Under the pieces are notes generated by a model. It searched no databases, was not told where the DNA came from, and saw nothing but the letters and a program-made list of their open reading frames with translations. Shown piece by piece: positions 16,908-27,223 of a DNA stretch of 64,000 nt; the stretch's first letter is position 1; the number at the start of each line of letters is the position of its first letter. The DNA is taken from assembly GCA_024654025.1 (NCBI GenBank), contig JANLIR010000002.1, positions 21,885 to 85,884 on the forward strand, written 5' to 3'. Made by a program: the position numbers and the translations under genes. Source of the stretch: Candidatus Wolfebacteria bacterium. Lineage in GTDB: Bacteria > Patescibacteriota > Minisyncoccia > UBA6257 > UBA9933.

Positions 16908-18245
16908 ATGAATCTAAAGATTAAAACATTCATAATTTTTATAGGTGATACCGTAATTCTTTACGGTTCTTTAGTTTTAGCGCTTTTAATCCGCTACGGC
17001 GCAGAGAATAATTTTTATGTTTTTTCATCGAATCTAACCAGTCATCTTGCGCCTTTCTCTTTAATTTTCGCGGTTTGGGTAATAGTATTTTATTTAACAG
17101 ATCTTTACGACCCAAGAAATTTCAAAAACAATATAAATTTCTTTAAAAATTTCGGGCTAACTTTATTAATCAACGGCTTCCTCGCCGTGCTTTTCTTTTA
17201 TTTAATTCCCATCTACGGCATCACCCCAAAAACAAATCTTCTTATATTTTTAATAATCTTCGGAGTTTTAAGTTCGCTGTGGCGTTATCTTTTTAATTAT
17301 TTTAGCGGAACTATCGGTTCTCCGGAAAAAATTTTAATTATAAAACCAGAACTCCAAAACATTGAGGTTGAAAATTTAATTAACTTTATAAACCACAATC
17401 CTCAGCTTGGTTATAAAATCGAGTATCAACTAAAAGAATCCAGCCTTGTAGAACTTGAAACAATTTTAACCAAAAAATTTGATATTGCCATAATCCCTAC
17501 TCATCTCCAAGAAAAATCAAAAATAACAAAGCTGATGTATAAAAACTTTTCCGGCGACTACAGGGTAATTAATTTTTCAGAATTTTACGAATTAATTTTC
17601 AAAAAAGTTCCGCTTTCAGAGCTTGAGGAATCTTGGTTTTTCGAAAATTTAATAAAGCGAAAAATATTTTATGATCCTCTAAAAATACTTTCCGATTTAA
17701 TTATGTCTCTTATTTTATTTTTCGTTATCATTCCGATCTCTCTGATAATTTTTTTAATTATTAAATTAACCTCAAAAGGACCTGCCGTCTACAAACAGAT
17801 ACGAACCGGCAAAAAGGAAAAAGGATTTCTTTTATACAAATTCCGAACCATGTATCAAGACGCGGAAAAACAAGGCCCTCAGTGGGCTGGTGAAAACGAC
17901 CCGCGAACAACGCCAATCGGAAAAATATTACGCCACAGCCATCTTGATGAAATACCTCAATTAATAAACATTATCAAAGGCAATATTTCTTTTGTCGGTC
18001 CGCGACCAGAGCGTCCGGAATTTATATCTCTTCTAAAAGAAAAAATTCCTTATTACGAAATTCGCCACCTTATAAAACCCGGCCTTACCGGTTGGGCCCA
18101 AATTAACTATCGCTACGGCTCCTCGATTGAAGATGCGTACGAAAAACTTCAATATGATATCTATTATCTTAAAAATAGGTCTTTTATTCTGGATTTTCTT
18201 ATTATTTTAAAAACCATAAAATCGGTGTTCTCAAATCCAAAATAA
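16908..18245 (+). CDS. Polyprenyl-phosphate sugar-1-phosphate transferase (WbaP/PssY-like bacterial sugar transferase), the priming enzyme
   Basis: Multiple N-terminal TM helices; the C-terminal catalytic domain includes KGPAVYKQIRTGKKEKGFLLYKFRTM...DEIPQLINIIKGNISFVGPRPERPEF. Confidence 0.8.
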   Translation: MNLKIKTFIIFIGDTVILYGSLVLALLIRYGAENNFYVFSSNLTSHLAPFSLIFAVWVIVFYLTDLYDPRNFKNNINFFKNFGLTLLINGFLAVLFFYLIPIYGITPKTNLLIFLIIFGVLSSLWRYLFNYFSGTIGSPEKILIIKPELQNIEVENLINFINHNPQLGYKIEYQLKESSLVELETILTKKFDIAIIPTHLQEKSKITKLMYKNFSGDYRVINFSEFYELIFKKVPLSELEESWFFENLIKRKIFYDPLKILSDLIMSLILFFVIIPISLIIFLIIKLTSKGPAVYKQIRTGKKEKGFLLYKFRTMYQDAEKQGPQWAGENDPRTTPIGKILRHSHLDEIPQLINIIKGNISFVGPRPERPEFISLLKEKIPYYEIRHLIKPGLTGWAQINYRYGSSIEDAYEKLQYDIYYLKNRSFILDFLIILKTIKSVFSNPK

Positions 18246-18246
18246 A

Positions 18247-19716
18247 ATGTTTCAAAAAATAAAGTCTTTTCTTTTTGAAAACAAAAACGCCCGTCAAACA
18301 ATCGCCAAAAACACCTTTTGGCTGTTTTTTGGAGAAATTTCCAGCCGCCTACTGAGAATGATCATAATAATCTACGCCGCCCGTGTTTTGGGGGCTGGCG
18401 GTTGGGGGGTATTTTCTTACGCAATAACACTCGCGGCTTTTTTCACAACTTTCTCCGATATAGGCATAAGCGCTATGCTTATACGAGAATCATCAAAAAA
18501 TCCGTCGATGCGCTCCCAATATCTTTCAACTTCGCTTTTTATTAAATTATTTCTTATCATTATAAGCGCTTGTCTTATAATATTCATTTCACCGTCTCTT
18601 ACGAAAATAGAACAGGTTAAACCGCTACTTCCTATTATCGCTTTAATTTTATTTTTCGACGGCATGAGAGAATTCGGTTTTTCTTTAAACCGTTCTTTGG
18701 AGAAAATGGAAAGTGAAGCTTTAATAAAAACAGTTACAAATTTTTTAATAGTGGGCCTCGGATTGATATTTCTGATGTATTCGAAAACCGTAAAATCACT
18801 CGCATTCTCATATACAATAGGGAGCGGAATCGGATTCTTGTTAACAATTTGGATTTTGAGGTCTCATTTTAAAAATTTATTTTCTAATTTCGCGAAAAAA
18901 TTAATATGGCCTATTTTTTCCACGGCTTGGCCGTTTGCCTTAATGGGAGTCTTGGGCGGGATTATGATAAATACCGACACTATTATGCTTGGATGGTGGC
19001 GGACCGCCGAAGAAATCGGTTTTTATTCCGTAGTCCAGAGAATCATTCAAGCGTTGTATCTTGTTCCGGTTTTATTTTCATCGTCCGTTTTCCCGTCTTT
19101 TTCCCGTCTTGCGAACAAAGACAACGAAAAATTTCGAACAATCTTAGAAAAATCAATCGCGCTTGTTCTTTTGATCGGAATACCTCTAATTTTCGGCGGG
19201 GTATTTTTAGCCAATGAAATAATAACAGCCCTGTTCGGAAACGAATATTTACCTGCCGCAACGACTTTTCAAATACTTCTTTTAACAATTTTGTTGGAAT
19301 TCCCCGTGATTTTTATCGGCAATGCGATATTTGCGTATAACGAACAAAAAAAATTCATCGGTTTTCTAACGATCGGGGCAATAAGCAACGTTGTTTTTAA
19401 TTGGTTGCTTATCCCCCGCTACGGCATTGCCGGTTCAGCAGTTGCCACCGTAATAGCTCAAGTGTTCTCCATGGGTTTTATATGGATCAAGATGAAAAAA
19501 ATAAACGACTTTAAAATTTTCTCCAATCTCGTAAAAATTGTTATTGCAACAATAATAATGTCTTTGTTTGTATGGATTTTAAAAAATTCCGGCATAAATA
19601 TTTTTATCAATATCGCTCTGTCATCACTAATCTATTTCGGACTGCTTTACATTCTAAAAGAGCCGTTACTTAATGAATTAAAGTTAATATTTCCAAGCCC
19701 AAAAAATAACGATTAA
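18247..19716 (+). CDS. Wzx-type polysaccharide flippase (MOP superfamily)
   Basis: 489 aa with about 12-14 TM helices; polysaccharide biosynthesis protein-like; directly follows the priming transferase. Confidence 0.7.
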   Translation: MFQKIKSFLFENKNARQTIAKNTFWLFFGEISSRLLRMIIIIYAARVLGAGGWGVFSYAITLAAFFTTFSDIGISAMLIRESSKNPSMRSQYLSTSLFIKLFLIIISACLIIFISPSLTKIEQVKPLLPIIALILFFDGMREFGFSLNRSLEKMESEALIKTVTNFLIVGLGLIFLMYSKTVKSLAFSYTIGSGIGFLLTIWILRSHFKNLFSNFAKKLIWPIFSTAWPFALMGVLGGIMINTDTIMLGWWRTAEEIGFYSVVQRIIQALYLVPVLFSSSVFPSFSRLANKDNEKFRTILEKSIALVLLIGIPLIFGGVFLANEIITALFGNEYLPAATTFQILLLTILLEFPVIFIGNAIFAYNEQKKFIGFLTIGAISNVVFNWLLIPRYGIAGSAVATVIAQVFSMGFIWIKMKKINDFKIFSNLVKIVIATIIMSLFVWILKNSGINIFINIALSSLIYFGLLYILKEPLLNELKLIFPSPKNND

Positions 19717-19752
19717 TTTTACTCTTTTTTTTAATTCGAGTACTATAAGGAT

Positions 19753-20703
19753 ATGAAAATAATAGTAACCGGAGGCGCAGGTTTTATAGGAAGCCATCTT
19801 GTTGATGCCTATATAAAAGCCGGGCATAAAGTTTCTGTTATAGATAATCTTGATACTGGCAAAAAAATCTTTGTTAATCCGAAAGCTAAATTTTACAAAA
19901 TAAGCGTAACGGATCTTAAAAAAATGGACGTTATTTTTAAAAAGGAGCGTCCCGATCTAGTGGTTCATCTTGCCGCCTTTGATTATATCACTCGCTCGGT
20001 TAAAGAACCTGAAAATGCCGTCAAAGTAAACGTTCTGGGCACTCTGAATGTTCTAAAATTAATGGTAAAATACGGTTCCAAAAAAATAATTTTTGCTTCA
20101 ACAGGCGGTCCGCTTTATGGATTTTCTCCGAAACCGTTGCCGCTAAAAGAAGATAGACCTATTGAATCCGTTTCTCCTTATGGCGCCAGTAAGGCATTTG
20201 CCGAAGAAACAATAAGATTGTACTACCGACTTTATGGCATTAAATATACGGTTTTCCGATACCCCAATGTCTACGGCCCAAGACAATACCCGAAAGGCGT
20301 TGGAAAAGCGGTTGCTATATTTTCAAAATTAATTTTGAGAAACAAACGCCCAACTATCTTTGGGGACGGATCAAAATTTCGCGACTACGCCTATATAGAC
20401 GACGTTGTAAGAGCTCATCTTTTGGCGATCAAAAAAGGAGACAATGAAACAATTAATATCGGCTGGGGTAAACCAACAAGCGATTTGGAACTTTTAAACG
20501 CGGTCAAAAAAGCGCTGGGCAGCAATATCGTTCCCATTTTTGGCAAAAGGCAGCCGGGAGAAGTTGACGGGTTTTATCTTGATGTGACGAAAGCTAAAAA
20601 ACTGCTGGGATGGAAAGCAAAAATAACCATGAAGCAAGGCATGAAAAAAACGGCGGAATATTACAAACTTTGCAAGAAACTTAAGAAAAAATTTATAAGA
20701 TAA
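19753..20703 (+). CDS. NAD-dependent sugar epimerase/dehydratase (extended SDR, GalE-like)
   Basis: MKIIVTGGAGFIGSHLV Rossmann motif, with a YxxxK in SPYGASKAFAE. Confidence 0.75.
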   Translation: MKIIVTGGAGFIGSHLVDAYIKAGHKVSVIDNLDTGKKIFVNPKAKFYKISVTDLKKMDVIFKKERPDLVVHLAAFDYITRSVKEPENAVKVNVLGTLNVLKLMVKYGSKKIIFASTGGPLYGFSPKPLPLKEDRPIESVSPYGASKAFAEETIRLYYRLYGIKYTVFRYPNVYGPRQYPKGVGKAVAIFSKLILRNKRPTIFGDGSKFRDYAYIDDVVRAHLLAIKKGDNETINIGWGKPTSDLELLNAVKKALGSNIVPIFGKRQPGEVDGFYLDVTKAKKLLGWKAKITMKQGMKKTAEYYKLCKKLKKKFIR

Positions 20704-20708
20704 ATTTT

Positions 20709-21530
20709 TTAAATAGATCTTTTAAAGCGGGATAGGATCGGATGCAATAAAGCTCGCAAAAACAACGGCAAAAAAGAATAAAAATACTGAGCCATATTAA
20801 GACAATAGGCCCGCCAAAAATTAGGATAATTTTTTCTGTGCTTTGTAATAATTTGTGAGATCATTTTTGATTGAGCCTTTTGATAAACAAAAGACTTGTT
20901 TTGTCCAGCCATTAAATAACGAGTAAAATATTCGGGGAAATTATAAAATTTTCCAATCTCCCCAAGCTTTAGCCATAAATCCCAATCCTCAGCATAGTGC
21001 CAATTTCCATACCCGCCAACTTTTTTAGCTTTCTCTTTTAAAAACATAGTTGTTGTATGCGAAAAAGGATTTGAAAAAAGAGCCCGCCGGCGTATATCCT
21101 CGTCTTTTTCGTTCTTTAAATAACGGAATAACTCTTTATCTTCGCCGTCAACGACAATTACTCCGCCCCCGCATAAAACATAGTCAGGATGTTTTTCTAA
21201 AAATTCCGTTTGTTTTTTTAATTTGTTTGGATCGCACCAGTAATCATCGTCATCAAGGCGAGCAACATACTTTCCCCTAGATTCCTCTAGGCCGCGATTA
21301 AGAGTTTTGGAAATATCGGGGTAATTATTTTTTTTATTTATCAAAGCCTTTATTCTGGGATCTTTTTTTGCCCAGCTTGATAAAACTTGCGGTGTTTCAT
21401 CCGTTGAACAATCGTCAATAATAATTAGCTCCCATTCTTTAAAACTTTGGCTTAAAATACTCTGGATAGCGCGCTCTATCAGTTTTGCCCTGTTATAAGT
21501 GGGCATAATTATACTAACCAATGGATCCAT
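20709..21530 (-). CDS. Glycosyltransferase family 2
   Basis: VSIIMPTYNRAKLIERAIQSILSQSFKEWELIIIDDCSTDET is a GT-A DxD-type N-terminus. Confidence 0.75.
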   Translation of the reverse strand: MDPLVSIIMPTYNRAKLIERAIQSILSQSFKEWELIIIDDCSTDETPQVLSSWAKKDPRIKALINKKNNYPDISKTLNRGLEESRGKYVARLDDDDYWCDPNKLKKQTEFLEKHPDYVLCGGGVIVVDGEDKELFRYLKNEKDEDIRRRALFSNPFSHTTTMFLKEKAKKVGGYGNWHYAEDWDLWLKLGEIGKFYNFPEYFTRYLMAGQNKSFVYQKAQSKMISQIITKHRKNYPNFWRAYCLNMAQYFYSFLPLFLRALLHPILSRFKRSI

Positions 21531-21536
21531 ATTTTT

Positions 21537-22244
21537 TTATAATTTTTTAAAATCTTCTTGGCATTTTTTATACCTTTCCGGAGTGCCTATGTCTTTAAGA
21601 TAATCCTTAGTCTCATAACCATAAAACTGCAATCCCTTACTTAAAATGTCAGGTAAAAGTTGATGATCTATTTGGTAATGTTCTTTTTCTGGAATAAATT
21701 GAAGTATGTTTTTATCAAAAACATAAACCGCTCTCATTGCTTTATATTTTTTAGGCAAAGCTTCATGAGGTTTTTTATGAATTTTTAAAAATTGGAGGTT
21801 TTTATCTATTTCTGATAAATCAGAGTCTAAAGGGTGATCAGTATCGCCAATAACCATCATGCCTATAGCGTCTGGCTTTTCTAAAAAGCTTTGATATAGC
21901 TTACCATAATCCAAAAGGCTAAAAATGTCTCCGTAAATTAAAAAGAATTTGCCCTCTATTTCTTGTTCAAAATTTTTAATCGCTCCGGCTGTTCCTAAAA
22001 GCTCCGGCTCATATTTATAAGTTATTTTTACCCCCCAGTTGGAACCGTCCCCGAAATAATCGGTTATTTTATCCGGCAAATAATGAAGATTGATCAAAAA
22101 CTCTTTTACGCCGTGTTTTTTAAATTGTTCTATATGATGTTCCAACAATGGCTTTCCGTTAATCGGAACCATCGGCTTGGGAATCATATCCGTCAAGGGT
22201 CTCAAACGAGTGCCTCGGCCGGCACAAAGAATTAATGCTTGCAT
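21537..22244 (-). CDS. Sugar-1-phosphate nucleotidyltransferase (HddC-like heptose-1-P guanylyltransferase)
   Basis: MQALILCAGRGTRLRPLTDMIPKPMVPI nucleotidyltransferase signature; adjacent to gmhA, hddA and gmhB. Confidence 0.7.
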   Translation of the reverse strand: MQALILCAGRGTRLRPLTDMIPKPMVPINGKPLLEHHIEQFKKHGVKEFLINLHYLPDKITDYFGDGSNWGVKITYKYEPELLGTAGAIKNFEQEIEGKFFLIYGDIFSLLDYGKLYQSFLEKPDAIGMMVIGDTDHPLDSDLSEIDKNLQFLKIHKKPHEALPKKYKAMRAVYVFDKNILQFIPEKEHYQIDHQLLPDILSKGLQFYGYETKDYLKDIGTPERYKKCQEDFKKL

Positions 22245-22245
22245 T

Positions 22246-22833
22246 TTAAACTCTATAACTTATTGCTTCCTTAAAATACTTTATAATAAAATGGCAGACG
22301 CTCGCGTGAATGCTCTCAACAATTTCATATTTGCCCTTCTCTGTTGATACCAAAACTTTCGCGTCCGCCAATTCGTTCAACTTCCCGCCATCGAATCCGC
22401 TTAAACCGATGATTGGAATACCGCGTTCTTTGGCAACTTCAACGGCTTTGATGATATTTATGGAATTCCCGGAACTGCTTATCGCAACTAAAACATCGGA
22501 TTCCTGCAGATAATTTTTCAGCGGTCCGGCGAAAACCATATCATAACCCAAATCGTTCGCCCAAGCGGTTAACTCCGCATCGGTAGTGGGCAAGGCGATT
22601 GCCTGAAATCTTTTTATATCCTTATCGATATGCGCTCCAAAAACGGTTTTATTCAAATCTCCGACAAAATGTCTGGCAATAGCCAAAGACCCGCCGTTGC
22701 CGATAACGTAAATTCTGCCGTCACGCTCATAAGCGGCTTCTAAAATCTTGAGAGCCTTCGCTAATTCTTCTTTGGAAATCAATTTAAAATGCCGGCTTAT
22801 TTCGTCAAAAAATGATGAAATGTGATTATCCAT
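22246..22833 (-). CDS. gmhA: Sedoheptulose-7-phosphate isomerase (SIS domain)
   Basis: 195 aa SIS-domain protein (RIYVIGNGGSLAIARHFVGDL...AISSSGNS) in heptose-pathway context. Confidence 0.75.
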   Translation of the reverse strand: MDNHISSFFDEISRHFKLISKEELAKALKILEAAYERDGRIYVIGNGGSLAIARHFVGDLNKTVFGAHIDKDIKRFQAIALPTTDAELTAWANDLGYDMVFAGPLKNYLQESDVLVAISSSGNSINIIKAVEVAKERGIPIIGLSGFDGGKLNELADAKVLVSTEKGKYEIVESIHASVCHFIIKYFKEAISYRV

Positions 22834-22837
22834 AATC

Positions 22838-23887
22838 TTATTTACGGTCGTCTCTATAAACTATATCAACGCCGCATTCGGTAAAATTAAACGGTATTTC
22901 TTCAAAATTAGAAAGATTTTGAGATCTTGCGGTTTCAAGAATAGACGCTTTGGCTTCTTCGCGCTTTTCTGATGGAACCAGAAAAAGCATGCATCCGCCT
23001 CCGCCGGCTCCCAAAATTTTTCCTCCCCACGCTCCGGCGGCTTTTCCGGAATCATAAATAACATCAAAAGTGTTGTTAGAAATTTTAGAACTTAATTCCC
23101 TTTTCCTTTTCCAACCCTCATCAAGCATCTGGCCAAGCTTTTCAAAGTTTCCTGAAAGCAAATATTTTTCGAAATCAGCCACCGAATCAGCCATTTGTTT
23201 CAATGTCTCTAGTTTGGAATTAATATTAGTTTTTTGATCACTCAAAACACTGCTGGCATCACGAGTCACTCCGGTAAAAAATAATAAAAGATGATCTTCT
23301 AGATTTTTTTTAATCTTATAAGACAACAAAACCGGTTTAACCGTGACTGAATGGTCAGTATTAAATTGAAAAATATTAACGCCCCCAAAAGCAGCCGCAT
23401 ATTGGTCTTGTTTGCCAACGGGCTCCTTTAAAAGATCTATTTCCAAACGGGAGGCCGCTTCGGCAATTTCTTGCTTGTTTAAATTTTTCCCCAAAAAAGC
23501 GTTTAGTCCTTTTAAAAGCGCAACGGTAAAAACACTGGAAGATCCCAAACCGGCTCTTGAAGAAATATCCGCAAAAGACGCTATCTCAATATCTTTTAAT
23601 ATGCCTAGATCCAAAAGAGCTTCTTTGACTCTGGTATGATTGAGCTGGTGAGGAGAATCAACTGTTTCCGTGGTGACGTATTTAACAATCACTTTTTTAG
23701 TATGAGGAATATGATTTATGGTGATATAAATAAATTTGTTTATGGCGGCCGAAATAACCCGCCCCGGGTATTGAGTATAAAAATCAGGCATATCAGTGCC
23801 GCCTCCGACAAAACTTATTCGAAGTGGAGCCCTTACTATTATCATAATATGTAGTATAGTAATACCACTTATAACATGATTAATCAA
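22838..23887 (-). CDS. GHMP-family sugar kinase (D-glycero-alpha-D-manno-heptose-7-phosphate kinase HddA-like)
   Basis: RAPLRISFVGGGTDMPDFY is the GHMP N-terminus; ATP motif LGSSSVFTVALL. The true start is probably the ATG at 23845 (MIIVRAPL). Confidence 0.7.
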   Translation of the reverse strand: MINHVISGITILHIMIIVRAPLRISFVGGGTDMPDFYTQYPGRVISAAINKFIYITINHIPHTKKVIVKYVTTETVDSPHQLNHTRVKEALLDLGILKDIEIASFADISSRAGLGSSSVFTVALLKGLNAFLGKNLNKQEIAEAASRLEIDLLKEPVGKQDQYAAAFGGVNIFQFNTDHSVTVKPVLLSYKIKKNLEDHLLLFFTGVTRDASSVLSDQKTNINSKLETLKQMADSVADFEKYLLSGNFEKLGQMLDEGWKRKRELSSKISNNTFDVIYDSGKAAGAWGGKILGAGGGGCMLFLVPSEKREEAKASILETARSQNLSNFEEIPFNFTECGVDIVYRDDRK

Positions 23888-24490
23888 GTCGTTTTTTTAA
23901 AATTACTCGTGAATAAAACAATAAAAACTGAAAAAAATCCTGCAATATTTCTTGATCGCGACGGAACATTAACCCAACGCGCGGATTTAACTTGGAAAAA
24001 GAGTCAAATAAAAATTTCTCCCAAAATAACGCCGTTTTTGCGGCAATTTAACAAAAAAAACATTCCAATAATTATCATAACCAATCAGCCGGTTGTGGCG
24101 AGAGGATGGATTTCCGAAAAAGGAGTTGAAAAGCTTCATCAAATAATTCAGAAGCGGATTAAAAAACAAAAAGCGTTAATAAATAAATTTTATTTTTGCC
24201 CCCACCATCCCGAAGCAACCATAAAAAAATACAGAAAAAATTGCGATTGCCGGAAACCAAAAATCGGGTTATTTAAAAAAGCCGCTAAAGAATTTAATAT
24301 AAACCTTTCGCGTAGCGTAACAATCGGAGATATGACTCAGGATATTTTAGCAGGCAAAAAGGCGGGCACAAAAACGATATTAATCAATTCGGGTCACGGC
24401 GGCAGAGACAAAAAATACAATATTTCTCCCGAATACATAGCAAAAACAACGGCCGATGCTTTAAAACTAGCTCAAAAAATACTCAAATAA
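23876..24490 (+). CDS. gmhB: D,D-heptose 1,7-bisphosphate phosphatase (HAD superfamily)
   Basis: IFLDRDGTLTQ (HAD motif I), plus a Cys cluster FCPHHPEATIKKYRKNCDCRKP and a GD motif. Confidence 0.75.
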   Translation: MINQVVFLKLLVNKTIKTEKNPAIFLDRDGTLTQRADLTWKKSQIKISPKITPFLRQFNKKNIPIIIITNQPVVARGWISEKGVEKLHQIIQKRIKKQKALINKFYFCPHHPEATIKKYRKNCDCRKPKIGLFKKAAKEFNINLSRSVTIGDMTQDILAGKKAGTKTILINSGHGGRDKKYNISPEYIAKTTADALKLAQKILK

Positions 24491-24507
24491 AAACTTCAGT
24501 TTTTATT

Positions 24508-25548
24508 TTATTTAAATATAATTTTAAATATTTCTTCAAATCTCTTTTCGTAAGTGTGCTCATTAGTAGTCCTTAAATAACCGGCCTCGGCGATTTTTTT
24601 GCGCTCTTTATCATTTTTTAAATAATAATTTATTTTATCAATTAAATCTTTAATGTCTTTATAAATCACAATTTCCTCTCCGATTTTGTAATAATCGCCT
24701 AAATTATCCGCCATAGAGGTCATCAAAAAACCTCCACAAGCCGATATTTCAAAATGACGGGCTTTTATTTGCGGAATTCCCCGATGAATCCAAGATTTGA
24801 AATTACTCCAAAAATTAAAGTCGGGCACAATCTTATCCATCGATCTTCTAAACAATAATCGCCCCAAAGAATTTTTATTTAAAAATCCCGGAGCCGGATT
24901 TAATGCCAAATTAATTTTGCTGGAAGAAAAAATTTCAACCATTTTATCCGAACTTATTCTGCCGTTTAGCCATCCGCTTCCATAACACTCCACATTAATT
25001 CCCTTATTTTTTAAAGCTGAAATTATTTTTTGCCGCGGCCGGCTCCAAGCTCCAACAAAACTGACATCCGGTCCGCTGTTCTGTTTATCATAATTAGACT
25101 TGAAAATGTCGCAATCGGCGGCCCATTGAGAATGAATAAAGTTTTTAACTCCATTTTTTATATACCTATCAACTGCTTTGGAATAGGTGGTGATTATCCA
25201 AGAAAAATGCGGAGCGTAGTGTTTGGAATAATTATCAAAACGCCAATGGTCATCGGAAAACCACGCCAAAGAAACGGTTTGTTCTTTTATTTTTTCAAGA
25301 ACCGAAATTAGTAGTTCATCCGTAAACATAAACGCTAAAAACAAATCCGGTTTTTCTTTATTGATTAAATCAAGAAGTTCGGCATTGCCCCGCTCGCGCC
25401 CCAACTCTAAAATCCTTTCATACGGAAAATCAATAATTTCAAGTCCTTTAGTCTTATTTAAAGCGCCCAGTACGCTATTATGTTCAAAACTAAGCCCCAG
25501 TCCCGGATCATAATTTGTATATTTTAATCCAGTGTATACTATTTTCAT
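24508..25548 (-). CDS. CgeB-family glycosyltransferase-like protein
   Basis: The C-terminal region ARHFEISACGGFLMTS matches the R.FE..ACG motif of Glyco_trans_1_2/CgeB proteins. Confidence 0.5.
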   Translation of the reverse strand: MKIVYTGLKYTNYDPGLGLSFEHNSVLGALNKTKGLEIIDFPYERILELGRERGNAELLDLINKEKPDLFLAFMFTDELLISVLEKIKEQTVSLAWFSDDHWRFDNYSKHYAPHFSWIITTYSKAVDRYIKNGVKNFIHSQWAADCDIFKSNYDKQNSGPDVSFVGAWSRPRQKIISALKNKGINVECYGSGWLNGRISSDKMVEIFSSSKINLALNPAPGFLNKNSLGRLLFRRSMDKIVPDFNFWSNFKSWIHRGIPQIKARHFEISACGGFLMTSMADNLGDYYKIGEEIVIYKDIKDLIDKINYYLKNDKERKKIAEAGYLRTTNEHTYEKRFEEIFKIIFK

Positions 25549-26252
25549 CGCTTAAAATTTTTTTTCTTTTTTGCCTCCCAAATCAAACAGTATTGGGAAT
25601 TTGAAAAAATGGAAACATCGTTAAAAAAATCTTTCAATATATTTCCCAAATCTTTCTTATTATACTCCCTAACATGGAATTTTGAGCCTGAAAAAACTTT
25701 ATAATTAGTGGGGTTCATGGGAGTAGAACCGATAAAAATTCCTTCGGGTTTTAAAATTTGAGTTATTTTAATTAATAATTTTTTAAAATTTTCTTCGCTA
25801 ATATGCTCTATGAACTCACTTGAAATAACGACGTCAAAATCGTTTGGAAGAACTGACAAATCCCCTGCTAAATCCATAGTTAAATATTTAATTTTCGGAT
25901 TAAAGCGGCGGAAACTTTCTATTTTATCGACACCAATGACATTTTTAACATTTTCGTTTTTGGAAATGCGTTCCGTTAGATACCCGTGCCCGCAGCCCAA
26001 ATCGAGAACTTTTCCGTACGCATTACCCGCTAAAACACCGGCGTAACTTTCAAAATATTCGTCGTCACTTTTCAACCCATTAAAATCAGGCCGTTCTTCA
26101 CTTGCAAAATCAAAATATTTACTATCAAAAAAAATAGAAAAATCGCGGAGTAATGGAACTCGCTTTATGTTCCACCTCGCTTTTCTTATAAAACTCCTCG
26201 TACTAGGATGATTTCTTAAAAAATTTTTAATTGCGGAAAAAATTTCTTTCAT
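25545..26252 (-). CDS. Class I SAM-dependent methyltransferase
   Basis: VLDLGCGHGYLTERI (motif I). Confidence 0.7.
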   Translation of the reverse strand: MKEIFSAIKNFLRNHPSTRSFIRKARWNIKRVPLLRDFSIFFDSKYFDFASEERPDFNGLKSDDEYFESYAGVLAGNAYGKVLDLGCGHGYLTERISKNENVKNVIGVDKIESFRRFNPKIKYLTMDLAGDLSVLPNDFDVVISSEFIEHISEENFKKLLIKITQILKPEGIFIGSTPMNPTNYKVFSGSKFHVREYNKKDLGNILKDFFNDVSIFSNSQYCLIWEAKKKKNFKR

Positions 26253-26266
26253 AATTAAGCGTAATT

Positions 26267-27214
26267 TTAATTAAGAAAACTCCCTTCTTTATCTATAAAA
26301 ATAAAATTCTTTTTGTCTGATAATACCTCTTTCCTTAATTCTTTCACCTTCTCCAAATAAATACTTCTCATTCGTTCAACTTCTGCTCTGCGTTTCTGAC
26401 CCAACTGGCCCTCGTGGATTCTCGCGAAATTGGCAGAAATTGGCAAACAATAAGACAAATATCCTTTTGCGTTAAAATTGAAGTAAAAATCCATATACGC
26501 ATCCACTATTTTACTTCCTAATACGTATTCCGGAATGCAATTTAAAAAAACCTTTTTATAAACGCACATATTACAATCCGGGAAAATAAGCGCTGTTTTT
26601 AACCAATAAAAAAACCAGTCCTGTTTTTGAGGAGGTTTTTTTCTCTTAAATATGCTCATTAGAAATAAAAAATTAGTAAAATTTATTTTTTTAATAAGAC
26701 CCACCCATGACGATGGATTTAAAAAACGATACCTCTTGATTATTTGGCGGGCTGAATTTGTTTTTCCAAAAAAATTATTTTTATCCAGAAATTGAGCATA
26801 AGCAAAATGGGGACCAACTACTTTTCCGTTTTCGGTCATATTAAAAGGTATTCCCCAAACAAGAGAAATTTCTTTGTCATTTTTAAATACTTCCATGCAT
26901 TTTAAAAGCCAGTTCGGATTTAAATACCCGTCGGACGCATAAGTAAAGCAAACAAATTCGCCCCGCGATAAAACAAGCCCTTTCATAATTCCGTGCCAGG
27001 CACCTTCGTCTGGCTCAGAAAACACCCGAATATTTTCATATTTTTTTGAATACTCACCCAAAATATCGAGCGTTCCATCGGTTGACCCCGCATCCATTAT
27101 AATCAGTTCCCAATCTTTATATGACTGTTTAAGCACACTTTCAACCGTATCTTTTATGAATTCTTTAGAATTGAATACCGGACACAAAATTGAAATTTTA
27201 GGCGATTGATTCAT
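26267..27214 (-). CDS. Glycosyltransferase family 2
   Basis: ISILCPVFNSKEFIKDTVESVLKQSYKDWELIIMDAGSTDGT. Confidence 0.75.
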   Translation of the reverse strand: MNQSPKISILCPVFNSKEFIKDTVESVLKQSYKDWELIIMDAGSTDGTLDILGEYSKKYENIRVFSEPDEGAWHGIMKGLVLSRGEFVCFTYASDGYLNPNWLLKCMEVFKNDKEISLVWGIPFNMTENGKVVGPHFAYAQFLDKNNFFGKTNSARQIIKRYRFLNPSSWVGLIKKINFTNFLFLMSIFKRKKPPQKQDWFFYWLKTALIFPDCNMCVYKKVFLNCIPEYVLGSKIVDAYMDFYFNFNAKGYLSYCLPISANFARIHEGQLGQKRRAEVERMRSIYLEKVKELRKEVLSDKKNFIFIDKEGSFLN

Positions 27215-27223
27215 TATAAAATT

